Of a stretch of 64,000 bases of DNA, positions 25,091 through 38,270 are shown piece by piece. Position numbers and translations under genes: made by a program. A model generated the notes under the pieces. The model saw only the letters and a list, made by a program, of their open reading frames with translations. It did no database searches and was not told the origin of the DNA. Source of the stretch: Takakia lepidozioides (Eukaryota; Plantae; Bryophyta); assembly GCA_030704615.1 (NCBI GenBank), contig CM060734.1, forward strand, positions 310,001 through 374,000. Direction: 5' to 3'. The first letter of the stretch is position 1. Each line of letters begins with the position of its first letter.

Positions 25091-26542
25091 TGATCACATG
25101 TCATTGGGCCCCTCATTGACCACGAGATCACGGTCGCAAGCTCTGGCAATTGGCTGCAAATCAAGCCACAACATCAAATTCCACATCCTCGGACAGTGAC
25201 GACTAGGCTTTGAATGACTGGCAGCATAGTACATATACAATATGCATTTTTGTTGTACCTTGAATATTGTTGGAAAACACAGTGATGGCATTCCGTCAAG
25301 TTTGTATATCACCAATTTTGTTAATACACAATGCACATGTGCGGCACCTGCCAATTTCAATTGCATGAGCAGAGTTTTCTTCACATTTACACTCGTGTGA
25401 TGGAGAAGAAGTAGTTCACCCTGTAAACAAATTTACAATGGTGTCATATTTGGTCATGACGTGTATATGGATATTTGCAATGAACTCCGAAAGCTGGAGA
25501 ACAAAAAAAATTGATGTTAACAAATAAGTTATAACGAGTTACGAACGGTCCTCTTCCAAACAAATTTCGCCTGGTCCCTGCGTATTTCATAATCATTTCG
25601 CAAAATCTATGATCTTCTACGAACATACCCACAAAGTTCTCAAAGCACAAAATAATTTCGATTGATCTCGTATTACACTGAGACGTATCAGAGGGTACAT
25701 TGAACACACTGGCCAAGTTTCAAAGTGAACGAAAATCATTTGGATGGGCAACCATCCGTTGGCCCATTGAACAAATTTCGATTGATCTCATATTACTCTG
25801 GGGCCTCTTACATGGCACATTAAACATAGTGGCCAAATCTCAAAGCGAACCAAAATCATTTCGATGGCCAACCATCCGTTGAGCCATCGAACGAATTTTG
25901 ATTGATCTGATATAAGTCCGAGACCTGTGAGAGGGTGTCTGCAACGTGCTGAAAAAGTTTGGAAGCTAACAAAAATGATTTGGATGGGCAACCATCCGTT
26001 CACCCGTTGAATGTATTATGTTGGAGCTGCTATTGCTTTGGGACCTGTTGGACTGTGTTTCGCGTACTCGTGATTTTTTTTCATTCTGTTTTTGAATAGA
26101 GCGTGTAATGTAGCCATATGCAACGTGCGTGCCAAATTTGGGAGCGATCAAAATTCATTTGGACTCAAAACGACAGTTTCTTCCCTGTTTTGCACTCCAA
26201 ACTTGATATGTGTTCTACTTCATGCACTCTTCATACAGAAATAGTGAGAGAAGAGAACACTTTTTTTTTGGGCATGCAGGCAAAAGAGGGGTTTCAACCA
26301 CATCCGTTCAATGGGTGCAATAGCCGTGCATGCATTGCAGGATTTCTTTTTCGCATTGAACAAAAACCAGATGACAAGTGAACGCCTCATTGGACAATCG
26401 AACAATTTTTGATTGATCTCGTATTACACTGGGACGTATCAGAGGGTACATTGAACACACTGGCCAAGTTTCAATTTTTGGCGGGGGAGTAGCCGTGGGA
26501 TGCTGGAAGCCGCAGAACAAAATCGATACGTGCCAAAAACCC

Positions 26543-27250
26543 AAAATGACTTGCCGACTGGTTCGGCCAGATCCAAAAATGACAAGAGTCAACTCTTCAA
26601 CTGGCATCGTCCCTACATAAGATGTAACTGTGGACAAGGAGGGGCACCCTCTTCTTGCATTGGGAGTGTTGCTTGGTTTGACCATATGGTATGGTATATG
26701 CTGAACAATCTGATTGTGTTCTTCCCTGATGATGCCTATCCTTCGGTGCAAACCAAGTATTACAGCTTTCTGGTATGGATCATGCGGGCTGCCAGATCTG
26801 CCGTTCTTGCACAAATTACCTTTCAGATGACCCGAGGCTTCATAATGGAAGTAGCTTGTGAATTCTCAATTGACCCCCAAGCCAAGTTGCTTAGGAAGTT
26901 AGGAGAATCCAAGGGGGCCAGATACATTGAGAAACTTGTGAAACCTGGGTTTTTTTCAGACAGCCTTCCCAGGCCACAATTCAACAGCTACAAACGGCAG
27001 CGTATGGAGGGGCAGACGCCTCCTCAACAACGCAAGAACAATGCCACTCGAGGCAGAGGTACCCCTGGTCGTGGAAGAGGTCTCTACCAAAAAGGAGGAC
27101 GCTCTGGCAGGGGGCAATACTCTACCAACACCTCTGAGAATTCAAGAGCAACGAATCGGTCATCACTTGGGGGTTCGGGTGCTAATTCCAGTACCACCAT
27201 CAACATCGCCAGCCAGGAGTCATACAAGACTCGTCGTATCACTGACGAGT
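26543..27250 (+). CDS. 5'-truncated unknown ORF with RGG/RG-rich basic tail (gag/ORF1-like?)
   Basis: Open frame with a globular-looking segment followed by TRGRGTPGRGRGLYQKGGRSGRG. Its start is replaced by the inverted-repeat arm at 26542. Confidence 0.35.
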
Positions 27251-30200
27251 TCTCCCCAACTCTTTTCCCGCATCTCTCCCTCTGTCCCATCAGGATGTGG
27301 AGAGAGAGGGAGAGAGGGAGTGATGAGGGAAAAAACAAAAAAAAAACAGGTGGGAGGGGGGGAGTGACACTCCCCCCCCCCCCCCACCTTTTTTTTTTTC
27401 TTTCCCTCATCTCCCCCTCTCTCCCTCTGTCTCCCTCCCTCTTTGGAATTGGCCGGTTTTATCAGTGTTAATTTCCTGTTTTTCCATCTATACCGGATGG
27501 ATTGTGACAGTTTTTTCACCCGCCCTATAACAATTTTTCATCTATACCGGATGAACTACCAGGGTGGACACTAAATTACCTCTAAGCTAAGTCTATGATT
27601 TTTTCATTCTTCTTTTATTGACTTTCACCCATACCGGATGAGTCACCAGAGAATGAGGAATTACCTCTGTAGGGGTTGCCACTGGCATCCTATTTTTTCC
27701 ATCCATACCGGATGAAAAATACCAGGATACTAATTCGTTCATTCCTCTTTTAATGTTTTTTTTCCGTACTGGATGAGGCACAAAAAAAATCTTTTGGGGA
27801 TGTTGAATTACCTGTTAGGATGTAAAACCGATGTTTTGGATGTTATTTACTGTTTTTCCATCCTACTGACGAACTTTCTCCAACTGATGAACTCATCTGA
27901 ACCGGATGAAATATATAGCTTATGATGGCCCTGGACTGATGATTAATTACCCTTAATTATGGTTAATTAAGGAGTGAAACCCTAACCCCTACCCTATAAC
28001 CTATTGTTTAAACCTAGTTAATGAATGACATCCATCGGGTTTCGAAAAATGTGGTGTTGATTACTCATCCTGCACGGATGAAAAATTGGGCAAGAGCCCT
28101 AGGGTGGCTCTCCCGCCGTCAGAAGCACTGCTCATGCTTCTGAGCTCGCGGGATGAGCGTTATGGCGTCCGCGTTTTGCTGCTACCCTGTTTGCTGCATC
28201 GTACCCATGCTGGACGATCTCCTGGGGATGCGCATTGGCGGCGCTTTGTCTTTTCTCACAGGCGGGAGACAATGTTGTGAATGCATCGTCTTTTTCCCTC
28301 CTCTGGCTTTTAATTCTTGCAGCGGCGCTTGTGTGGGGAAGTATCTCTCTCTCCCTTCTTAAACCTAGCAAGTGTGCTTGTATGCTTCACTTCTCCTTTG
28401 CTTTGCTGGAGGTGGCTTGCTGGTGGTGATGGCGCACAGTTCTCTTCCCCAATCGCTCAAGGTGCTTTTGGTGATTAGGGTTCCTTTTGCTTTATGTCTT
28501 TCTCTCTTGCTTTTGAGGTTCTTAGTTGACATCGATGACAAGTGTAGGGGTCTGTGATTCACCTGGGGTTCCACAATCCTCACTAACCTGTTGGTTTTTG
28601 TAGGGGCTTGTGATGGGACCAGGTGAGGATCCCTACTTGCTTTGAATTCTCTTGAGCTTGCAGATAAGGATGTGGGCAAAGGGAACCTAGTGTGTATGAC
28701 ATCTTGACTTGGCTATTGCCTGCAGCCCCGATTTCGGCCCGCTTGCTCCTGGTTTGGCATGCCGATGCTTACTTTTGACTTATGTTTTGCTGCCTTTGAT
28801 GGAGCACTTTGGCCTGACAGACTTGTCTCTTGAAGCCCAGCATCTGGACCTTACCTTGTCTTGAATCTTTGACAACATTGCCTGTGGATTATTAAGCTAG
28901 GTATTGTTTTGGCCTTAAAGAGGAGTTATGGTTTATGGGTAAGGCATCAATGGCTGTTTGGTTCTAAGGAAGAGGAGGCCTTGTTTTTAAAGATGGCAGC
29001 CTGATAAGGCAATGACAGGCCTCTTTCAAGCCTGGATTTGGTGTGGAATGGAGCATAGTGAGGTTTTATTTGCAAAACCTGGCATAAACCTCCTGGAAAA
29101 CAGTGTTGGTAAGCTCTACTGGACCTTTGCCAGAGATTATTTGCTTTATTTTGCCATCAGAGCAGGCAGCTGCAATGTATGATTTATTTTTTGGCCAAGT
29201 GGGCTTGGTCTCGGGCACTCAAAGTGTTTGTGTATCCATATCTTGAATCTGTAACATGGCAAGCCTTTCTTCCATGCCAAAACGCCTTACATGATGCATG
29301 TCTTGGGGCAATTATACATGGTGTAGAATGAAGTTGCAGTCTATCTTGTCATGCCCAAGTGGGTCACTTGGTTGCATGTTTGGAATCTAATAAACTGCAG
29401 GCTAGTCCATCAAGATGCTTGTGTATACATGTCTTGAATCTGTAGTATGGCAGGCTGTTCTTACCTACCCAAGAGGCCTTGCATGATGCATGTCTTGGGA
29501 TATTTACAAATGGCAAAGAGTGAAGCTGCAATATGTTTTGTCATGCCCAAGAAGTTTACTTGGTTGCATGCTTGAAATCTGATTAATTGCAAGCTGGTCC
29601 TTCAAGGTACTTGTATGAACATATCCTGAATCTATAGTAGAACAAGCTGTTCTTACCTACCCAAGGAGCCTTGCATGATGCATGTCTTGGGGTACTTACA
29701 AATGGCAAAGAGTGAAGCTGCAATATGTTTTGTCATGCCCAAGAAGATTACTTGGTTGCATGTTTGAAATCTGGTAAATTGCAGGATGGTCCTTTAAGGT
29801 GCTTGTATAAACATACCTTGAATATGTACTAGGGCAGGCTGTTCTTACCTACCCAAAGAGCCTTGCATGGTGCATGCCTTGGGTTACTTACAGGAATTTG
29901 AACATGAATAAACCCCGCCCTCCCACCCTATTTTATCATGATTGAATGGGTGTTGTCACTTGGTCTACTATGACAAGACTGGAAGTGTTAGATGGTGCCT
30001 TGTTTATGGGCTGTTTATGTCTTTAATTGACAATGACCCTAGTGGGTCTTGTCCATGTCTTGACATGACATGAGTATCTTCCCTCTCTCTCTCTCTTTTC
30101 CCTCATCCCTCCCTCTGTCCCATGAAGATGTGGAGACCCCCCCCCCCCCCCCCACCTCCTTATTTATTTATTTTCCCTCTCTCCCATCAGGATGTGGAGA

Positions 30201-31980
30201 GAGAGGAAGTGTTGAGGGAAAATAAAATAAAAATGAAGGTGGGGAGGGGGAGTGACCGAGCAGCTGCTCCCCCCTACTTCTTTTTTTATTTTCTTGGCCC
30301 CCTCTATCCTTCTCCCTCCCTCTCTCCCTCTATAACTCTTTGGATTTCATCTGGCCTTAACCTTTTGAGGTTATTTAGTTTTTCATCTAAACTGGATGAA
30401 CTACATGAATAATGGTTACCTATTATAAAATCCAAGAGAATAATAAAACTACCATCATAAATGATGGCAGTTATTAAACCTGAGCCTATACCATAACCCT
30501 AAAAGATACATTTCTATTGGATGTCATCCATTGACAAAGTGCTTCTCTTGATAAAATGTGATTTTTCATCCACCCTGGATGAGAAATCGGGAAGTTGTGC
30601 CCTAAGCAGGCCAACACATTTCACAGCACTGAACTCGTGCTTCAGTGAACCTTGATGATGCGCCGTATAAACCCGCTCCTCTGCTGCTACATGGTACTCG
30701 TGATGGCTGACTCTTGGGATGCGCATTGGTGGTTAGGCAGATTCCTCTCTGGCAGACGACAAAGCGGTGATCGCTTTGATCAGAAACTCATGGTTCTTTA
30801 TTTTGCAGCGGCGCTTTTACTCCTTGTTGGGAAGTACTCTATTCCTATTTATCTACAGATTACATGTTGCTCTCTCTTTGTGTATGAGCCATTCTCTATC
30901 TGTGAACACTTCTACTCTGATTACGTTCTGTTGGAGACGATCTGTTGGACGCCATGGCGCAGGGCATACCACAAACACTCGAGGTTTTTTTAGTTTACCC
31001 TTGCTTGAATTATGATCTGTACATGCTTTAGAATTCAACACTGACATGGATAGCAACTGTGAAGACCTGCCACTCACCTGCTGCATCCTCACTAATACAC
31101 ATCGCTATGTGGTGGTTTTTGGGACGGGCATAGGTGAGGGTCTTCACTTGTCTTGATTTCTTGAAGCCTGCAGCTCCTGTTCTTGCAAATGTGGATTCTG
31201 CTGCTGCCTATGCTGCTGATGCCATTTGCTGTTTCAAACTGCCACCATGCCGCTTCAGACCTGCTCCAAGATGGCTCCAATGAGGATCTGCTTCTCTCCT
31301 TACCCCTGTTTTTGGTTTTTTACAACCACATTTGCATGTGTAGGAGTTAAACTATGAAGGGTACAAGGATACAAAATAGCAGTTATTACTCTGACTTCTT
31401 TGATACTTGGCTCTGAAATGAAACTTCTTGGTATGACTCTGATGGATCAAAAGGATAGGCTTTGATAGATAACACACATTCTTCAAGGCCCTCATATCAT
31501 TTTGGTCTCATGGCTTGATAACAAACAGGGGTTTCTGAGCTGCTCTTTCACCTTGGCAGAGCTATTTTATGAGGCCTTAAAATACCATTCCAGGCCTATA
31601 CCTGCTTAAGGGGGCTCAACCCTGTTGTTTCTTCTTCCTTTTTAAGAATCTTGCTTGTATCTTGGTTCTAAGAACATCAACTTCAAACCAAACCTGCAAT
31701 CTGGTTTTTGAAATGAGTTTGAAATGAATTTTTGAGATGATGATGCATACCATGGTGCTTTCATGATATGAATGACCTGGAATCCCACCCTCCCACCCTG
31801 TTTTTTCAGAGACCCTGAAATGTAATGGGGTATTCAAATGAGACTGTAAACATGAAAGGGAATGTTAGATGGTGCCCTGTAAAGGGCTGTTTTGTCTTCC
31901 AATGACAATGACCTTAGCGGTCTTGTCCATGTCTTGACATGACATGTATATCTTCCCTCTCTTTCTCTCTCTCCCTCTCT
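27250..31980 (+). mobile_element. Two diverged head-to-tail units of an unclassified repeat (~27250-30085 and ~30085-31980)
   Basis: Shared blocks: CCCATCAGGATGTGGAGAGAGAGG (~27286/~30183), GGGATGCGCATTGG (~28225/~30716), CCCTCCCACCCT (~29918/~31787), GTGTTAGATGGTGCC, and terminal GTCTTGTCCATGTCTTGACATGACATG..TATCTTCCCTCTCT (~30046/~31920). Confidence 0.7.
29210..29895. repeat. 192-bp tandem repeat, ~3.5 copies
   Basis: CATGATGCATGTCTTGGG (last copy diverged) at ~29290, 29482, 29674 and 29866. Confidence 0.88.
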
Positions 31981-31983
31981 CTC

Positions 31984-32130
31984 CATGAAATTGAAACTGA
32001 AGAACACTTCTTCTATTGTCCTATATACTATGAGATCTGTGGGGATTCCATTGTCTACTCCGTGGAACCCAAACTCTCACTGAAATCTCTCACTATGAAG
32101 ATCAGAAATGCATGGCTGCTTACCTGCAAT
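31984..32130 (+). pseudogene. LINE 3'-end fragment (C-terminal zinc-knuckle region)
   Basis: HEIETEEHFFYCPIYYEI fits the E..EHF...CP.Y..IR motif at the end of LINE ORF2. Confidence 0.6.
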
Positions 32131-32211
32131 TGGGTGCCTCACGCAGCAGCTCCTTCACGCTGGCGCTCCGCCACCAGGTCGCGTGGGCGCACTCCCTCGC
32201 TCAAACAACGG

Positions 32212-32242
<31 letters not shown>

Positions 32243-32277
32243 GAGGGAGAGAATGAGGGGGAGAGATAAGGGCGAGA

Positions 32278-32966
32278 GGGTGATTGCAGCTTATAGTGTC
32301 CATTTTTTGCTGTCACAACACTGTTTTTCCCAGACATAGAATAATGGTAAATTATCATACTCCTACATGACAATGCCATCAATAAAAAGGGACTCATATA
32401 TAGAGGCTCATCTACATATACTTTCACACTTTTAAATCTCATTATCAAAAACCAGAATCTCTAGATGCTATGGACTTTTAAAAAGTCCATAAGGAATTGT
32501 CACAATCCATGAAAAAAGGCGTTATGGATTTTTTTTAATATAGGAGTTAGAACAAAGTCAAGAAAAGGGACTCTCTCAACCTTGCTTTGGAGAATGAGGA
32601 AACTGGAATGAAAACTATCATTCAAAAATATGAAGTTGAAAAAAAATTATGTACTATATTGAGCCTAAAAAATAGCTATTCTCATAAAGTCCTTTATGAC
32701 TAAATTCTTTTGAAATAGCAAAACTTTTTTCATTAGATGCATTCATTCACCATAAATGCAGAGTTGAATATGATCAAATTTCAAAAAAACATTTGTGAAT
32801 TGATATTATCGCAATTTGAAAATATTGGTTTTAACAGTCAATAATAGACGGTCAAGATTGTCAGTTGAAGCAAATCCGATGGTTGAGGATTCGCCACATC
32901 ATCCTTTATGTACTCTTTATGTACTCATGATGTGCATTTTTGGTCCACTCTAGTTTGCAATCACCC
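32278..32966 (+). mobile_element. MITE with GGG...CCC TIRs and 4-bp TSD (GAGA); Sola2-like structure
   Basis: GGGTGATTGCA ... TGCAATCACCC flanked by GAGA on both sides. AT-rich interior homologous (inverted) to 62605-63287. Confidence 0.85.
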
Positions 32967-33991
32967 GAGAGGGAGAGTGAGAGCTAAGAGGGAGAATGAG
33001 AGAGAGAGAAAGAGAGGGAGGGGCAGCTCCCTCACGCTGGCGATCCCTCCCGTGGCGCTGGCGTTCAGCTAGCGCTCCACCAGCAGGTCACGGGGGCGCG
33101 CTCCCAGCTCGCTCAAACAACAAAAAAAAACAAAAAGAGATAGAAGAGGGAGAGAGAGAGCAAGAGAGAGAGAGTGAGGGAGAGGGATTAGGCCGAGAGG
33201 GAGAGTGTGAGAGAGGGCGCGCGCGGGTTTGAACGCCATGGCGCATCAGTGCTGCGTCACCGCCGTCGGAAAACGCTCCGGCGCGCGGGGGTAGTTGCGC
33301 CCGGGAGAGCTTGAGAGCAAAAAAATCAAAGTAGGGATGGAGGGAGGGGAGGGAGGAAGAGTGAGAGGAGGAGGGTGAGGGAGAGAGAGATCAGAGAGAG
33401 AGATTGAGAGGGGGAGTGAGAGGCGGTCGGTGCAGCCGCGGCGCGCCAGTGTGGCGACCCCACCGGAAAACCTTGGCGGCGACTAGGCGCCTTTGTGAAG
33501 GGGAGAGAGAAGGGGAGAGGAGGGCGGCCACCTTGGCAGGAGGAGGATCCGCTGCGACATTGGGGAATCGCACGGGCGTTGCTACCTCAGGGGGATGTTG
33601 CACGGAAGTTGCAGGGACGTCGCACGGCAATCGCAGTGGAGACGCAGATCTGGCGCAGAGGTGAGTTGAAGAGGCCTCTCATTTTTATTTTATTTTTTTT
33701 GGTTTTTTGGGTTATGGGGTTTTGCAAGGATCATTTGGGTTTTTGGGTCTTTGGCTCTTAGGGTTTTAAGGGTTACATAGTTTAGTTTAGGGTTAGTTAT
33801 AATATAGTTAGTTTAGGATTAGCTGCAATATGGTTTTGTTTTTAGGGTTTCATTTTTTGTGGGGTGGGGACATATGGCTTTACGTTTGTAGGGTTTTTTT
33901 TTTCAAGTTTTTCCAAGGGTTGGGAGTGTAACTCCTCCGGAGGTTACAGTGGGTCACAATACGGTACTCTACCTCTCTCTCGTGCTAGGTT

Positions 33992-35988
33992 ATGCCGCGT
34001 GTTTATCGACGTGTCACGCTTGAGGATTCGTTGCCGGCTGTGCCACAACCACCTGCTGAGGGCGAGACAGCACGTTCGCCTCGTCTACGAGTTAGGCGGC
34101 ATCGCCATATCCGCACAGCTTTGCCCCCACGGCCACCACCCCGAGGTCGTAGGCTGTCGAGTCCAGAGGCACGAGCCCCGGGGAGACCCCGCCGGGACCA
34201 CCTCCCCAAGATTGAGTGTTGGTGCAGTTGGTGTTGGGCACGACTACCAGTTGGGAGGACCACACCGATGATGCGGCGACCCCATGTTGTGCAAAAACAT
34301 TACGCCAAGTACGAGATTGCTGATGCAGCAAAGGTAAGTTGTCCATATATCTTCTCACGTACTCCTCAATTAAAAGTACTATATCTAATAAAACCTTGCG
34401 TTTGTGAATTGAGTATTGATGCATTTCATATCATGCATCTTGCAGCCCCGTCTTGATGTCCAAGCTCGCAATTTTTTTGCTGAAGAGGCATACCGATGCG
34501 GGTTTCTTCCTTCTTACGAGCCCCACCCCGTTCCGGATGTGAACATCTTTTTCTCGCAACATGACGTAGATTGTGAGGTAGCAGGGTACGATGCGTGTTT
34601 TTTTATTTTTTGGCACCGGGCTAGGCGCTTGCCACCTACGCACACACATTCGTCATCCTCGACATCGCACCCCCATCATCACCATCATCCGCATCGTCTG
34701 TTCCTCCTATTGTAGATGGTATTTCCTCATCACCATTGCCATCTGAGGTCCCTCATACCGACCGACTACATGTCCCTTCCCCTCCATTGCCGAGACCACA
34801 GCCGCCACCGAGTCCATATCCGGGTCCTCCGGCAGAACCCGGAGGGATCCCACCACCTTTGGGGACTGTGTATGACTGGGACCAATGGATCACTAGGTTC
34901 CCACTCCGGGAGAAGGGCCCCCGAAGTGATGGATGGGCACTGCCCCCTAGTTGGAGAGGTGGACCGAAGTTGTTTCGCACGGTTGGTCCGCGCCTTCACC
35001 GGCCTGATGACGGCACCATATGTCATCGTGGTGCTAGGGAGTCCAACCCCATTTCTACCAATGTCTTGTGCCTTGTCCAGTTCCGATTCCCGAGGGTGAG
35101 CCCTTTCTTTTTTGGGGTCGCATGTATTGCGTGATGGAGGCAATGGACCCTAGTATGGGTCGTGGATTTTTTTTTATGGAGGATGTAGTTTTGGGGGGAG
35201 GAGAGGATTCTGTGGATTTGTTCCCCTATTTTGGGCCGAGGTACACCCACCGGGAGTGGCAATTATTGCAGACACACGGCCTTGGGTCCTTGATCCATCC
35301 TTACATCATTGTTGTGAACGACAATGATGTAAGGGCGAGAAGTTTTGGCCACAAAGCCCATATTTATTGTGACGGAAACCCCGATGTGTACGGCAACGTG
35401 GCTGGGCTCATCAACAATTCAGTTACCTTACCGCCGGGCCACACCGCCAACGTGTTTTGGGATGAGTGCCATGACGGGGATAACTTTATGCGTTAGCCGA
35501 GTTTCATCATGTGTAGATGGACGTAGGAAGACATTTTGTACATTGAGGTGACTACTTCCACCGTGTATATATATACATAGGCATTTATGTGTATTTGGAT
35601 GCAGTTTTTCATGCTATATTCAAAGGGAGTTTGGGTGGACGTTATATGTGAATTTGGGTATTTTGAATTATATAGTGTCTCCTTCATGTGGTGAAGCAAT
35701 GTATGTATTTCCCTCGTGTGTATAATGTGTACTTTGGGTTTTATCCTGTATGATAATGAACAACGCCATGTATGGAAACTGATAATGACTTGGTTGTTTT
35801 TGGCATCTTAGGATGCCGGCCACAACCCCACGACGTTAATTCATGAAGTTCATGATCTTGTCATGAACCGGGATTTTGTTCCTTCGGAGGGGGGTGCGTA
35901 TCAAAGGGACCCGACCCCGTCTGAAATGGCGGTCTCCGATGATGAGGACAACAATGACAATGGAATTATGCATGAGGATGTGGCATGA
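33992..35988 (+). pseudogene. Multi-exon gene with CxCxxC...H N-terminus, Pro-rich linker and a divergent SET domain
   Basis: GRGFFFMEDVV...LFPYFGPRY...YII...YCDGNPDVYGNVAGLINNS...AN follows the SET pattern GxGxF..DI/YxG/D..GN.A..IN(H)S..N. Donor AAG|GTAAG at 34334. Stops at ~35494 and ~35524; frame changes upstream. Confidence 0.65.
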
Positions 35989-36949
35989 ACTGGGCGCCGT
36001 TATGTAAAATTGAATTTGTTAAGTCTTGTATGTATTTATGAATGATGCTATATAATATTTTATATACGTAAGAAATGAATTCATAAATATTTTTAATTAT
36101 TTTCTTGACAAAGAATTATTAACCTCAATAATTCATTGTAGTGGATTAGGTGACAGACATCAAGCGTTTCCTACAAATGGCTCAAAATTCAAATGCATTT
36201 TCACTACCACCCGCCACGTTGCAGCGTGGTTTTCAGTTCATATTTGTACGATGCCTAAGTCTCTAGTCGCCGGGGTGTGTAGAAGAATTCCACAAATTAA
36301 TATGAGAGCCTCTAGCCGTCCAGAAAGTTGGAGGACCAATCTGCGTGTGAATCAGAATGTCACATGCAAAGGATGTTGCACCAGTCCCACGAGGAGTTGA
36401 AATCATGAAGAAGAATTGATTGTCTCTTTTCAAAATATCTAATCTAATAGATGCAAAACACACATCCCTCGTTTTATCTCCTTTAACTAACATATAAACA
36501 AAAAATCATGTGCAAAGCTATTGTGGTCGGCGGATCTTTTATGGGATTGGACACGCTTACAACAGCTTTTCCATAAGTGCTAGAGAGTTGTGACATGTCC
36601 AGACAACACGAGAACTCCAGAGCATCAATCAGATGCAACTCCATCCAAACGGGACAAAGGCTGAGTTACTCAAATTAAAAGATAGAGGAAAAAATTAACC
36701 TAAACAGGGCCATAATTGAAGAAGATATTTTTAATTGAACTACATGTCATTCCTAGCCATGTGATATAGGTAGACCCCGCCCATTCATTTACTTTTGGGT
36801 TTTAGTATTTCAATGTGCAAAGAAACATTGTTTTTGGGATTTAGGTGGGTGGGCATTGCTTTGTGTAGTCTAGTGGAGAAGACAATAGCTCCATGAAGAA
36901 AAAGCACACAATATTTACAAGTGACATGTTGTCATTTGCAATATATATA

Positions 36950-38270
36950 CATATATATATTTTGTGACGTTGCTTGTTTGTATAAGTACTTCATCTTGGT
37001 TATATGATATATTTATTATAAATGACCTACATAATATTGGGGGGTACATGTGTCATGTACATTGTAGAAATGAAAATTAAATTGTTAAATATTATATGTA
37101 TTTATAAATGATGCTATATAATCTTTTATATTTCGTTTGTCACATCCTTGTGATTTTTTATTGAGAACATTGCATTGCATGTCTAGCAATACAAAACATT
37201 CTTAAGTTTTATGAACACAATATTTCAAACATTTATAAGTATTTAAGTACAGAAATGCATTGACTATATATCTATACATCATCTCTAAATCATGCAGCCT
37301 ATGTATAGGTCACTCAGGATATTTTTGAGTTCATGCGATACACATAAATGATCAATATAATAATAGGAGGTGCATGTTAGAACTTAGAATGAATATTGAA
37401 TTATAAAATCGAATATACATATTAAAATGATATTTGCTATTCATTTTTCAATTTGATCTCCCAAATCCATGTGTTTTTTAAAAAAATTAAAACAACTTAT
37501 GCACGACAATGAAAAATATTCTACTTATGAGACTCTGTATACATAAATGATCAATATAATAATAGAAGGTACATGTAAGAATGAACAGGGAATTGTGATA
37601 TTTTATATGCATTTATGAAGGCTGTTATAGAATAGATTCTAATTGGATCTGTCACATATTTGTAATTATTTTTAGTTAAAAATGTTTCATTGCATATCTG
37701 TCAATACAAAAATTCCAAGTATTACGAACAAACTAGAAAACTATAGAGTATACGTGCACACATGTTATTAGATCCAATTGTTCTTTATCACAATTCCTAT
37801 GCATCCATCCTATGCATAGGTTACTCATAATCTTCTTGAATTCATGGGATACAAATAAATAATAATAATAGCAAGTGCGTGTATGAGTGAATATTAAATT
37901 ATAAAATCTTATCTGCATTTTAAAATAAATTTGTTATTTTCTTATAATCCGGTCTCACACATCCTTGTATTTTTAATTAAAAATAACTTATTGCAGGACA
38001 ATGAAAATATTCTACTTATGAGACTATGTACACATAAATGACCAATATAATAATAGAAAACACATGTAAGAGTGAACACTGAATTGTGATATTTCATATG
38101 CATTTAATAAGGCTGTTATAGGATATATTTTAATTCAATCTCTACCCCTTTGTGATTTTTTAATTCACAATACTTTATTGCATATCATAATATAAAAATT
38201 CTAAGTAATACGAATAAACTAGAACACTATAGATTATACGTCCACATATTAGATCTAGTTGTTCTTTAAA
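36950..38270. repeat. AT-rich degenerate tandem repeats
   Basis: ATAAATGA(T/C)CAATATAATAATAG recurs at ~37344, 37543 and 38034; ACAATGAAAA..ATTCTACTTATGAGACT at ~37506 and ~37998. Confidence 0.75.

Larger units (their letters stand above)
20711..26542 (+). repeat. Right arm of giant inverted repeat
   Basis: Begins TCGCTTATTTATTTTAAAG (rc of ~20107-20125) and ends GTGCCAAAAACCC (rc of 13416-13428). Confidence 0.97.

Noticed and set aside
30070-30085. tRNA-Met primer binding site after ...TGACA
   Set aside because: TGAGTATC/TGTATATC only loosely resemble TGGTATCAGAGC, and no internal domain follows.
33755-33850. Interstitial telomere
   Set aside because: Only scattered TTTAGGG-like motifs, not a tandem tract.
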